Source: an uncultured delta proteobacterium
GTDB taxonomy: Bacteria; Desulfobacterota; Desulfomonilia; UBA1062
DNA length: 64,000 nucleotides
Direction of reading: 5' to 3'
Assembly (NCBI GenBank): GCA_963752595.1
Contig: CAVVYZ010000022.1
Location: 1 to 64,000, forward strand
Part shown: positions 48,704 through 60,360 of the stretch, in pieces
How the letters are laid out: every line of letters begins with the position of its first letter
How positions within the stretch are numbered: the stretch's first letter is position 1
Notes under the pieces: generated by a model
Database searches by the model: none
Told to the model about the DNA's origin: nothing
What the model saw: only the letters and a program-made list of their open reading frames with translations
Position numbers and translations under genes: made by a program

Positions 48704-50225
48704 TCAGGACGACTTCTTATTTTTAAACCTCTTGACCTCGATCCCATATTTCTCCACTTTATATTGAATGATGCGCTTTGTGGTTCCCAGCATCCGCGCA
48801 GCCTGAGCTCTGGTTACCCTGGCATCCTTCAGCGCATCGATGATCAGGGAACGCTCATAGGAATTTACCAGGCTGGTACAGCTTGCCCTGCTGTTTCTTG
48901 TCTCGAGGGGTAACGACCTTCATCTGGAGGGAGGGAGGAAGATGGATGCTGTCAATGGTATCGCCGTTTGCGAGAGCACTGCCCGCTCGATGCAGTTTTC
49001 CAGCTCGCGCACATTGCCCGGCCAGTGATATGCCAGCAGGAGATCGATGGCCGGAGTGGAGATCCGCTTGATGTTCTTCTTGAACTGCTTCGTGTATTTT
49101 TCCACGAAAGTAATCGGCGAGAAGGATGATGTCGCCTCCCCGCTCCCTGAGGGCGGCATGTAGATAGGGAACACATTGAGCCGGTAATAGAGATCGGCCC
49201 GGAATTTGCCGGCTGCCACATCCTGGTCCAGGTTGCGGTTCGTGGCCGCGATGATGCGGACATTCACCTTGACGATCCCTGGTGCCCAAAGGCTGGAACT
49301 GCCTTTCCTGGATGACCCGCAGGAGCTTGGCCTGTGCCAGCGGCGAGAGCTCGCCCACCTCGTCGAGAAAGATCGTGCCTCCATTGGCCTCTTCGAACCG
49401 CCCGCTTCGTCTTCTGGTGGCCCCGGTAAAGGCGCCCTTCTCATGCCCGAACAGCTCGCTTTCGATCAGGGTGTCGGGCATGGCTGCACAGTTGACCTCG
49501 ATAAAGGGCCGTTCGGCTCTCGGGGGCTGTTCTGGTGAATGGTCTCGCCACGAGCTCTTTGCCGGTCCCTGTCTCTCCATGGATCAGCGCCGTGGTATTG
49601 GAGTCGGCTACCTGAGAGATCAGCCCGAAGATCTCTTTCATGCTCTTGGAATTGCCGATGATCTCAGCCGATGGCCTCTGGGTCCGGCCAGAATGTTCCT
49701 CAGCTTCCGGTTTTCTTCTTCAACGGCCCGCATGTGGACGCCTTTGCGATAAGCCTGCCACTGCCGAGAGGAACTGGATCTCATAATCCTGATTATCCAC
49801 TTCGTGTGCGACCTTGTCTGCCGAGAGAACACCTACAACCTTTCCGTCATATACAATGGGGACGCAGAGAAACGCAAGCTCGGAACGATCAAGGTATTTC
49901 CTTGCACCGGTGCTGTCGAGAAAATGCTCTTCGCCCCGATGTTTGCAATGACCATGGGTTTCCCTGTCTGGGCCACCTGGCCGGTAATACCCTCGCCCGG
50001 CTTATAGGTGATATCCAATCCGTCTATGTCCACTCCGCAAGCCAGATCAAGGATGGCCTCCCCCGTATCTCTATCGAGGATGGAGATCATCCCGCGATTC
50101 ATCCCGGACTGTTCGCTCATCGTACTGAGGACCTTCTCGAGCTGCTCCCTTAGGTCGAGCGGTGATGCAATGATCTGAGCCAGGCCGTGAAGGACTTCGA
50201 GATCGTCATATGAAAATGAATTCAT
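48704..50225 (-). CDS. NifA-like sigma54 enhancer-binding protein (GAF-AAA+-HTH), many frameshifts
   Basis: GAF region ([14 protein letters not shown]), [34 protein letters not shown] and a C-terminal Fis-type HTH. Confidence 0.9.
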
Positions 50226-50631
50226 AGCTGCCTTCCTTTAAAAAAGTGTCGGTTTCTTCCTTCACTGCATCCCCACTGCCGCCCATTAATCTTTCGAGAG
50301 GAAGCGACTGTAAACGATGCATGAGCTCTATACGCCATTTTCAACAAAAATGTATCTATCATATTTATACCATATATCAGAAACTGATTAAAAATATAAA
50401 GAAATCTTCTTCGTTCAAAACGATGATCCTGAGAATGGGATATCTTTCCAGTTTTGCCTGCAGGCCTACCCATAAAATATGGACTATCTAATGTACCAAT
50501 ACGTATCCTACAAGGGAACATAAAACACAAAAGAACCATAAAGTATAGATTAAACATAAATGAACTTAACTAATCAAGGTAAATGATATATTTACAATCA
50601 AATAACAACTAGTTACATAGTTTATAAGAAG

Positions 50632-50647
50632 TGGCATTTCCTTTGCT
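50632..50647 (+). promoter_or_regulatory. Sigma54 -24/-12 promoter of amtB
   Basis: TGGCATTTCCTTTGCT has exact GG-N10-GC spacing, lies 35 bp before the ATG, and faces a divergent enhancer-binding protein gene. Confidence 0.8.
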
Positions 50648-50682
50648 CTCCCCCCTCCATACATCTTAAAAGGAGAATCCAT

Positions 50683-52258
<1,576 letters not shown>

Positions 52259-52267
52259 GGCATCGGT

Positions 52268-54847
52268 ATGAGAGGTATGCTTACTGTGGAAAATGATGAC
52301 GACATAACATCAGGAGGCTTCCATCTTGCCCGGGAGCTTACTTCCCGGGCGGATGAGACCATTGCCTCACTGTTCAACGGATGCTCCCTGAAGCTCCTTG
52401 ACCATTGGTGTGTAGCCGCTCTCGGAGGATACGGCAGGCAGGAGCTGTGCCCCTTCTCGGATCTGGACATCCTTTTCCTCATCGAAAAGAAGCTCCCGCA
52501 GGCCCAGATAGAATCGGCCCTGAAAGAGATGCTCTATCCCCTGTGGGATACCGGAACCAATGCGAGCTACAGTGTCCGGACCATCAAGCAGGCGGTACAG
52601 GATGCCCGGAACGACTTTTTTTTCAGGACTTCGCTCATCGATGCCCGATATGTATGCGGTTCGAAGAGGATATTTGAGGGATTTTCTCAAGGCATAAGCT
52701 CCAGCAGATTTATCCTGAACACCAACCGGTTCGTTTCAGACCTCATCTTCCATACCCGCAAGCGGCATGAAAAATATGGAGATTCGGTATATTTCCTTGA
52801 ACCCCACATCAAGGACGGCCATGGAGGGTTACGGGATTATCAGAGCATCCTCTGGCTGATCAAGGTATTCAGCAGAACTTATGCCGTTCATGAGCCTCTC
52901 GTCGGTGCATACGATCTCGACGGGCTCAGCCGTTCTGCCGACCTCATGATAAAGACCAGGTTCCTGCTCCATACATGTACATGGAGAAAGACCGATCGGA
53001 TGCACCTCGAGTACCAGGAGATGCTGGCGCATGAGCTGGGATACAGGTCAGTACCTGATCACCCTGCAGTTGAAGCGTTTCTGAGGGACTTTCATACCGG
53101 GGCGCTCACCATTCGTTCGGTATTCGACGGACTGCTCCAGTTTCTGGAACAACCAAACGGCTTTGTTTCCATCCTTTCCCGAAGAAAAAAAGACGAACAC
53201 GGACACCTGCCGTCAGGGCATCTTCCCTTTTTCCGGCCGGAAGATTTTCAGAAAGACCCGAGCCTTATCCTCAAGGCCTTTGTACGGGCGGCCGGCAAAG
53301 GGCTTTCTCTTACTCCCCTTGTGCGGTCACAGATCAAATCCTTCCTCAAAACCGATACGGCACTGAAGAAGAACCCGGAGACATGCAGTATTTTCTTACA
53401 CATGCTCCAACATCCGGAAGCTGAAAAAACCCTGACCGGCATGCTTGAGACAGGGGTCATCGAAGGGTTTATCCCTGAGTTCCGGAAAATAAGGGGAAAG
53501 ACTATCTTTGATGTCTATCATACCTATACCATCGATCTTCACAGCATCCATACGGTATGCGAATTGAAAAAACTGGAAAACGTCGAGTCGGAAGCATGGG
53601 GCCGGGTCATTGACAGAGATGTTCTGTTTTTCAGCTCCTTTCTCCATGATATCGGCAAAGGCTACGGCAGGCCGCATGCCCTCCTGGGGTCAGAGGCCAT
53701 AGAGCCCATAGCCGTACGCTTCGGTTTTGACAAGGCCCGCAGAGAATCGATCGCCTTTCTCATCAGGAACCACCTGATCATGGCCGAGATTGCATCCAGA
53801 CGCGACCTTTCAGAGGAAAAGGTGATCAATGACCTTGCACAGAAAGTCGGGAGTGCTTCAAGGCTTTCCATGCTCTACCTGCTCACCATCGCGGACTCCA
53901 GAGCAACAGGTCCCGATGCCTGGAATGATTGGAAGGCATCGCTCTTGTGGGAACTCTATTTAAGGACGCTCAACATCCTCGAAAAAGGTATTCTGAAAAA
54001 CCGTAAGAACGCCATGAGACTGGAGGAGAAATGGCACAAGCTGGTCAGTCTTGCAGATACCGGGGAGGGTGCTCTCTTCAAGGGCCGTCTCTGGGCTCTC
54101 CCCCAGGCATATGTCCATATCTCTGATCTCGATGATATCAGAAAACACCTCTGCCTGAGCTCAGAGCTTGAAGGAAAGGACGATATAAAGGTGGAGATCG
54201 TCCATCGGAAAAACCATGTCATCCTCACCGTCATCACCCGTGACAGGCCGGGGCTTTTCTCCCTCCTCACCGGCATCCTGTCCGTTCACAGGATCGAGAT
54301 CATCTCTGCAAAGATATTTACCTGGTACGACGGCACGGTTGTCGATACATTCAAAGTCCTGGCGCCATGGCAGGATTATACGGAGTGGCATACAATCAGC
54401 AGCCGGTTCAGAGAGTACCTGTCGGGCAAAGTCGATATCGAATCCAGGCTCGTGAGTACAAAGGCCCTGAAGACGGACGATCCAGAACCTGTTCAATCCG
54501 CGGAAGGGGTTATGCTTGCTGTGGACAACGACACCTCGGACTTCTTCACCATCATCGATGTAAGGGCGATTAAGAGGATCGGCCTCATTCATGATATATC
54601 CCGGGTCATAAGCTCTTCAGGCCTCGCTATCCACCGGGCCTTCCTTTCACGGAATTCCGATCTTTTTTCATCGGTATTCTATGTCGTGGATGCAGGAGGG
54701 GAAAAGATGAGCGGCGAAGCCCGGATTCAGGAAGTGCTCAAAAGTATTCGAGAGGCTGTGGAAACACCCCGATTACCTGCTTCACCGCAAAAGGAAAACA
54801 GGGTATACAGCAGGGAGAATAAGAAGATGCGTGTCCCGGGAGATTGA
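52268..54847 (+). CDS. glnD: [Protein-PII] uridylyltransferase
   Basis: ALGGYGR.EL.PFSDLD, EPHIKDGHGGLRD, HD domain (YH.YT.D.H, LHDIGKG) and two ACT domains. Confidence 0.95.
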   Translation: MRGMLTVENDDDITSGGFHLARELTSRADETIASLFNGCSLKLLDHWCVAALGGYGRQELCPFSDLDILFLIEKKLPQAQIESALKEMLYPLWDTGTNASYSVRTIKQAVQDARNDFFFRTSLIDARYVCGSKRIFEGFSQGISSSRFILNTNRFVSDLIFHTRKRHEKYGDSVYFLEPHIKDGHGGLRDYQSILWLIKVFSRTYAVHEPLVGAYDLDGLSRSADLMIKTRFLLHTCTWRKTDRMHLEYQEMLAHELGYRSVPDHPAVEAFLRDFHTGALTIRSVFDGLLQFLEQPNGFVSILSRRKKDEHGHLPSGHLPFFRPEDFQKDPSLILKAFVRAAGKGLSLTPLVRSQIKSFLKTDTALKKNPETCSIFLHMLQHPEAEKTLTGMLETGVIEGFIPEFRKIRGKTIFDVYHTYTIDLHSIHTVCELKKLENVESEAWGRVIDRDVLFFSSFLHDIGKGYGRPHALLGSEAIEPIAVRFGFDKARRESIAFLIRNHLIMAEIASRRDLSEEKVINDLAQKVGSASRLSMLYLLTIADSRATGPDAWNDWKASLLWELYLRTLNILEKGILKNRKNAMRLEEKWHKLVSLADTGEGALFKGRLWALPQAYVHISDLDDIRKHLCLSSELEGKDDIKVEIVHRKNHVILTVITRDRPGLFSLLTGILSVHRIEIISAKIFTWYDGTVVDTFKVLAPWQDYTEWHTISSRFREYLSGKVDIESRLVSTKALKTDDPEPVQSAEGVMLAVDNDTSDFFTIIDVRAIKRIGLIHDISRVISSSGLAIHRAFLSRNSDLFSSVFYVVDAGGEKMSGEARIQEVLKSIREAVETPRLPASPQKENRVYSRENKKMRVPGD

Positions 54848-54850
54848 GCG

Positions 54851-55630
54851 ATGTTGAGCAAAAGGATCATCGTATGCCTCGATGTTCGAGGCGGCAAGAC
54901 AACAAAGGGTATCAAGTTCGAAGGGAACGTGGATATCGGCGATCCGGTAGCCATGGCCAGAGAATATTACGAGCAAGGGGTCGATGAGCTCGTTTTCTAC
55001 GACATCACGGCTTCCCATGAAAAAAGGGACATCATGATCGATGTGGTGGATAAAGTGGCCAGGGAGATATTCATCCCCTTTTCCGTGGGCGGCGGAATCC
55101 GGACTATCGATGATATGTACCGCACACTCGACGCCGGGGCTGAAAAGATCAGCGTCAACTCGGCTGCAGTACTCGATCCCGATATCATTTCAGAGGGCGC
55201 GAAGTATTTCGGCAGCCAGTGTATCGTGCTCGGCATGGATGCAAAGAAAGTGGAGAAATCACCATCCATTCCCTCAGGATATGAAGTGGCCATCAACGGC
55301 GGCAGGACCTCAATGGCTATCGATGCCCTCCAATGGGCAAAAAAGGCCGAAGACTTAGGTGCAGGAGAAATCTGCCTCAACTCTATCGATGCCGATGGGA
55401 CAAACCAAGGGTATGAGCTTAGTGTTACGGGAATGATCTCCCGTGCAGTAAACATACCGGTGATCGCTTCAGGCGGTGCAGGGAAACCGGAACATCTTCG
55501 GGATGTCTTTCTCAAAGCAGATGCGGATGCGGCCCTGATCGCCTCCATGGTCCACTACGGCTGGTATACCATCCCGCAGATCAAGTCCGTTCTCACGGAA
55601 GCAGGTGTCCCGGTTCGGGATGTGATCTGA
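54851..55630 (+). CDS. hisF: Imidazole glycerol phosphate synthase cyclase subunit
   Basis: [35 protein letters not shown] and IASGGAG. Confidence 0.96.
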   Translation: MLSKRIIVCLDVRGGKTTKGIKFEGNVDIGDPVAMAREYYEQGVDELVFYDITASHEKRDIMIDVVDKVAREIFIPFSVGGGIRTIDDMYRTLDAGAEKISVNSAAVLDPDIISEGAKYFGSQCIVLGMDAKKVEKSPSIPSGYEVAINGGRTSMAIDALQWAKKAEDLGAGEICLNSIDADGTNQGYELSVTGMISRAVNIPVIASGGAGKPEHLRDVFLKADADAALIASMVHYGWYTIPQIKSVLTEAGVPVRDVI

Positions 55631-55654
55631 AACAGGTTCATGAGCCCGGTATTC

Positions 55655-58084
55655 TCACTGCTGAACCTCATGGAAGTCGCGATCGGGATCATCAAAGTCG
55701 ATTCTTCTATAATTCGCCGATTGCATTCCCTCTGCCTTTGCTTCATGTGGAACAAGCCTGACCGGAATCTCCGTTCTGGATACCATGGCTGCCTTTTTCT
55801 GGAAAGCCGGCGGGAAGAGCATCAATGATACCGGCAGGAACGTGAGCGCCGAGGCTGCTATGGTAATCATATCGACCGCGACGAGGAGCCCGAGCTGCGA
55901 AACAATCACGAACTGGGAAGGCACAAGGACAAGGAATCCTGCAGCAACAGCCAGCGCATTGTATATAATCCCCCTTCCCGATGTGTTCAGCGCAATATCG
56001 ATAGCCTGCTTCACCGTTCGGCCCTCTCTGATTTCATGCCGGTATCTGCTCAAGTAGTGGATGCAGTAGTCAATCCCCATCCCGATATCGATGCTCGCAA
56101 CGGTTGCGGTTGCGGCATTGAGCTTTATCCCTGAAGCGCCCATGATGCCGAAATCAAGGGCTATGGGGATAATGAGCGGGACCATGCTGTATATACCGAG
56201 CTTGAAAGACCGGAAGATCCCCGAGGTGATGATGAAGCAGAGGATGAACGAAATACAGAAACTCTGGATCTGGCTCCTCACGACGAGGCGATTGAACTCT
56301 TTTGCAAGCATGGCAAGACCGGTGGTAACGATTCTGTCAATCTTCGGCTCTTTTGACTGAGTCTCTCTGAATTCAGCGACCTTCTCCACCACATCCTGAG
56401 CCAGGTAGCCGCTCTGAGATTTCATAGAGAGCAGGATCTGGCCGTTTTTGAAGTCATAGTTGATAAAACTGTCCAGTTCGTCTCCCCCGCCTGAGAATGA
56501 ATAGAGCAGCAGGTATTGTGCCACGAGTTCTCTGGATTCAGGGATGACATAGTACGCAGGGTCGCCGTCATGCATGGCCTTGTTCATCTGTTTGATGAAA
56601 TCGACGATGGAAACCGCCTTGCCGATACCCTCAAGCCCTTTCAATTCATCCTGGAGGCGTTCCATTTCTCTTAGGACCTTGGGATCCTTGATATCGTCAG
56701 CGTTTTTTGTGTTGATCGCAACATTGAACTGCGAGGTGCCGCTGAATTTCTCGTTGAGGATACGGTCTGCGGTTCTGATCGGGCTTCTTTGCCTGAAGTC
56801 CTCCACGAGGTTGAGATCGCTCCTTACATGCCTTCCCACGATGAGGGAGATGATGAAGACAATAAAATAAATAACCAGTATCCATCTGTATTTATGAATA
56901 TTAATATAGGAAAGACCCCGCAGCAGAGGTGCAACGACATCTTTCTTGGTATGATGATGGGGGATGTACTCCTTGCCCCGTGAGTCGATTATGGACATGG
57001 CGGCAGGCACAAAGGTCATGGCAAGGACCATGGCCATCGCGATGCCGAATGCTGCGAGTAGGCCGAACTGTGTCAGGGGGACGACCGGGGTGGTGCACAA
57101 AGACAGGAAGGATGCGATAGTTGTTAGCCCTGCCATGAGAACAGGGAGTGCTAACCTGTTGAGAGCGCTCGTGATGCCTGCTTTGCCCTTTTTCCCTTCC
57201 AATGATTCGGAAAAGATATTTTCCACAACATGGACCCCGTAGGCCACGCCTACAGCCATCATGGCCACGGGCAAGGCGCACGTGACCATAGTGAGGGGGA
57301 TGTCCAGCAGCGGCATGAGCCCCATGCTCCAGAGGGTAGCGATGCCGACGGATATCAGCGGGAGAATCATGCCCCGGAAATTCCTGAAAAAGAGAAACAG
57401 AAACCCGAGAAGGACGATACTTGCCAAAGGCGGCAGGAGTTTCAGATCCTTGATCATATAATGGCCCTGAAGTGCTTCTACGACTTTGGTGCCCGAGATG
57501 AAAAACTTCTCCGGGCCTTCATATTTTTTCATGATTTCCTGCAGCCGGTAGTAAATGGGAACGATCTGGTCTGTCTGAACAGTGTCTTCAAGTATGATGA
57601 ATATTGCAGTGCCCTTGCCGTCTTGAGAAATGAACAATCCATCATAGATATCCCAGGAATGTGCCTTTTTTTTGAATACTTCCATCTCAATGCCTGCTGC
57701 GGGGATTTTACCGTCAGGTGTCATCGGCGCGACATCGAGACCGGATTCACTGCCCTCGATATTTTTTACACTAAGGATGCTCGTTACCTTTTTTACTCCC
57801 TTGATCATTTTCACTTCTTCCGAGATAGACCGGATCTTCCCGAGTGAAACCGGATTAAAGACATCGGTATGCATCATGCCTATGAGGATGTCGGCATATG
57901 AGGTGAATTCTTGTTTATTTATGCTGTATTCTTTTTCAACAGGGTTATTTGACTGGAGAACGATTTCAACCCGGGGGTCTATTTTCAGATGGGGAAGCTG
58001 AAGTCCAAAGAAAATCGTGATAACGAAAACAACAGTAATTACCCAATACGGATGGAATACACTGAAATCAATGACCCTCTTCAT
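55655..58084 (-). CDS. MMPL/RND family transporter
   Basis: Two sets of TM helices with large extracytoplasmic loops; GMGIDYCIH motif. Confidence 0.9.
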   Translation of the reverse strand: MKRVIDFSVFHPYWVITVVFVITIFFGLQLPHLKIDPRVEIVLQSNNPVEKEYSINKQEFTSYADILIGMMHTDVFNPVSLGKIRSISEEVKMIKGVKKVTSILSVKNIEGSESGLDVAPMTPDGKIPAAGIEMEVFKKKAHSWDIYDGLFISQDGKGTAIFIILEDTVQTDQIVPIYYRLQEIMKKYEGPEKFFISGTKVVEALQGHYMIKDLKLLPPLASIVLLGFLFLFFRNFRGMILPLISVGIATLWSMGLMPLLDIPLTMVTCALPVAMMAVGVAYGVHVVENIFSESLEGKKGKAGITSALNRLALPVLMAGLTTIASFLSLCTTPVVPLTQFGLLAAFGIAMAMVLAMTFVPAAMSIIDSRGKEYIPHHHTKKDVVAPLLRGLSYINIHKYRWILVIYFIVFIISLIVGRHVRSDLNLVEDFRQRSPIRTADRILNEKFSGTSQFNVAINTKNADDIKDPKVLREMERLQDELKGLEGIGKAVSIVDFIKQMNKAMHDGDPAYYVIPESRELVAQYLLLYSFSGGGDELDSFINYDFKNGQILLSMKSQSGYLAQDVVEKVAEFRETQSKEPKIDRIVTTGLAMLAKEFNRLVVRSQIQSFCISFILCFIITSGIFRSFKLGIYSMVPLIIPIALDFGIMGASGIKLNAATATVASIDIGMGIDYCIHYLSRYRHEIREGRTVKQAIDIALNTSGRGIIYNALAVAAGFLVLVPSQFVIVSQLGLLVAVDMITIAASALTFLPVSLMLFPPAFQKKAAMVSRTEIPVRLVPHEAKAEGMQSANYRRIDFDDPDRDFHEVQQ

Positions 58085-58481
58085 AATGCTGAATCACTCC
58101 CCTTATGCATGGTAGAAAACACGATTATGCTGTAATCGCCGCTAAAAAACCCATATGTACTACCATTAATAATGAATCATCATTACTCATATGTATCAAG
58201 TATAACAACCCTTATCAATAATAATCATATAAAAAAATGGGAATAATAAATCGCAGATCATCCGTCTCAGAATCATTTAAGAGATCAGTTCTGGTCGGCA
58301 CTCTGCCCTTACCGGCCTGGATGGGTAATTGATGCATGTTTTCACCGGGGGCTTTAATTACCGGGATATAGCATTATTCATTCATTCATAAGGTACGTCC
58401 ATTTCATTGAGGGGCTTTCATCTGCGTGGCTCGTCAGTATCGGAAGATGACGGGATTTTATATTCACAAGGAGGGATAACC

Positions 58482-60017
58482 ATGTACCGCGAAAGCCCTG
58501 TGTGCAAGTTCCACTGCCTTCTTTCGATTGCAATCTTATCAGCATTTATTTTCAGTTGCAGCGGCAAGAGTGATGATACGGGAAATAAAGGAGAAAACGG
58601 GGAAACCGTTCTGACGGTAACCTCTACCGCACCGGCAGATGGTGCCGCAGGTATTGCACCCGATGAGCCTATTGTCATAAAATTCAGCGCGAATATCAAT
58701 CCTGATACCATATCTTCATCATCCATCCTTGTAAGTGATGGCCTTAATCAGGCTGAAGGCACACTCGCATCTTCCGCGAATACGGTCACGTTTATGCCTG
58801 CTCCCCTTTTCTCCTGGGGTACGAGATACACCGCTACGATATCAACCGGGGTAAAGGACAGAGCCGGGGCATCCATTGCCTCTGACTATACCTGGTCATT
58901 TACCACTGCAGACGCTAAAAAATTAGGTAAATGGATAATGGTGGCTGCAGGTTGGGACAACGGGGCTGCGATCAATGAAAACGGCACCCTCTGGGGATGG
59001 GGGTGCAATTACTCCGGCCAGTTGGGAAATGGAACCGGTGGGGGCCATAGCGAGGAACATGAATTCGACAGTCATGTTCCTATCCAGGTAGGGGCCAAAT
59101 CGGATTGGGCGGACGTATCGCTTGGTGATCATTATGCAGTCGCTGTTAAGACCGATGGAACGATGTGGGCATGGGGGGATGGGTATATCGGAGACGGCAC
59201 CATGATAACAAGAAGGTCACCTGTCCGGATCGGAGAAGGCTCGAGCTGGGGTGTTGTCGAGGCAAGCATTGGGTATTACGCTCTTGCATTAACCAACGAG
59301 AACTCACTGTGGGCTTGGGGATTGAATACCTATGGTCAACTCGGAAACGGGACTGCCGGTGAAGGGCTGGAAAGCAAAGTTCCCATTCAGGTTGGCGCTG
59401 ATGCCGATTGGGGTATGCTCTCGGCGGGTAAGAAACATACTGTAGCCATTAAAAATGACAAAACCCTGTGGGCATGGGGCGGCAACTGGTTCGGCCAGCT
59501 CGGAGACGGCACCGGCGGAGACAAAACCAGTGCTCATGACAGCCATATCCCGAAGAAGATAGGATCGGATGCAGACTGGCGTGTTGTGTCAGCAAATGGT
59601 GAGTTCACTTTGGGCATCAAGACCGGTGGAACTTTGTGGGCATGGGGGATAAATCAATACGGACAGCTTGGCGATGGAACGAACGATACCAAAAGCGCAC
59701 CAATAAAGATAGGAAATGCAACTGATTGGGCTTTTGTCTCTGCAGGCTGGTACCATGCTGTCGCGGTGAAGAATGACGGCACTCTCTGGGCATGGGGTTC
59801 AAACAATCACGGCCAGCTCGGGGACGGGACGGCCATAGATAAAAATATCCCGGTTCACATAGGTACGGATACCGATTGGGATACCATATCCGCAGGCAAA
59901 GACTTCACGCTGGCCATCAAGAAAGACGGCACCCTCTGGGCATGGGGGTATAATAATTTCGGTCAGGTAGGCGATGGAACCACTGCTGATAAGCTTAGTC
60001 CTACCCGGATAAAATAA
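58482..60017 (+). CDS. Lipoprotein with an Ig-like (Big_5) domain and a seven-repeat RCC1/BLIP-II beta-propeller
   Basis: Lipobox-like IFSC; P.DGA....P...I.IKFS...YTATI...VKD.AG...WSFTT; seven GTLWAWG.N..GQLG.G-type repeats; RBS AGGAGG. Confidence 0.9.
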   Translation: MYRESPVCKFHCLLSIAILSAFIFSCSGKSDDTGNKGENGETVLTVTSTAPADGAAGIAPDEPIVIKFSANINPDTISSSSILVSDGLNQAEGTLASSANTVTFMPAPLFSWGTRYTATISTGVKDRAGASIASDYTWSFTTADAKKLGKWIMVAAGWDNGAAINENGTLWGWGCNYSGQLGNGTGGGHSEEHEFDSHVPIQVGAKSDWADVSLGDHYAVAVKTDGTMWAWGDGYIGDGTMITRRSPVRIGEGSSWGVVEASIGYYALALTNENSLWAWGLNTYGQLGNGTAGEGLESKVPIQVGADADWGMLSAGKKHTVAIKNDKTLWAWGGNWFGQLGDGTGGDKTSAHDSHIPKKIGSDADWRVVSANGEFTLGIKTGGTLWAWGINQYGQLGDGTNDTKSAPIKIGNATDWAFVSAGWYHAVAVKNDGTLWAWGSNNHGQLGDGTAIDKNIPVHIGTDTDWDTISAGKDFTLAIKKDGTLWAWGYNNFGQVGDGTTADKLSPTRIK

Positions 60018-60027
60018 AAATCTTGCA

Positions 60028-60055
60028 GGTACGGGCAAGTGTCATTGCCCGTACC
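60028..60055 (+). terminator. Hairpin, probable terminator after the RCC1 gene
   Basis: GGTACGGGCAA-gtgtca-TTGCCCGTACC followed by gttt. Confidence 0.65.
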
Positions 60056-60360
60056 GTTTAACATTTCACAATCTTCCCGGGAAAATCCAAATAAAGTTAT
60101 ATTTCTCTTCAGGCTTCATGCACAAGTTTGAAAGGGTCAAAGCACAGGCTTGAATCACGCAATATTCTTCTAAAGTTATACCCCGATGCATCACGATAAC
60201 TCTCATAAGATAAGCAAGGGGATCCCTATGTGGAATCCAAGCAGTGAGAAAGATGGAAGGTATTTATATGGCAGGGGTATGAAACCAGGGATGAGACTGT
60301 ATATACAGGAGTCAGTGACCGGAACCGATAAGGAAGTTTCCGTGCGATAATGAAAGCAAG

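Noticed and set aside
58940-60000. CRISPR-like or mobile repeats
   Set aside because: These are in-frame, degenerate RCC1 protein repeats.
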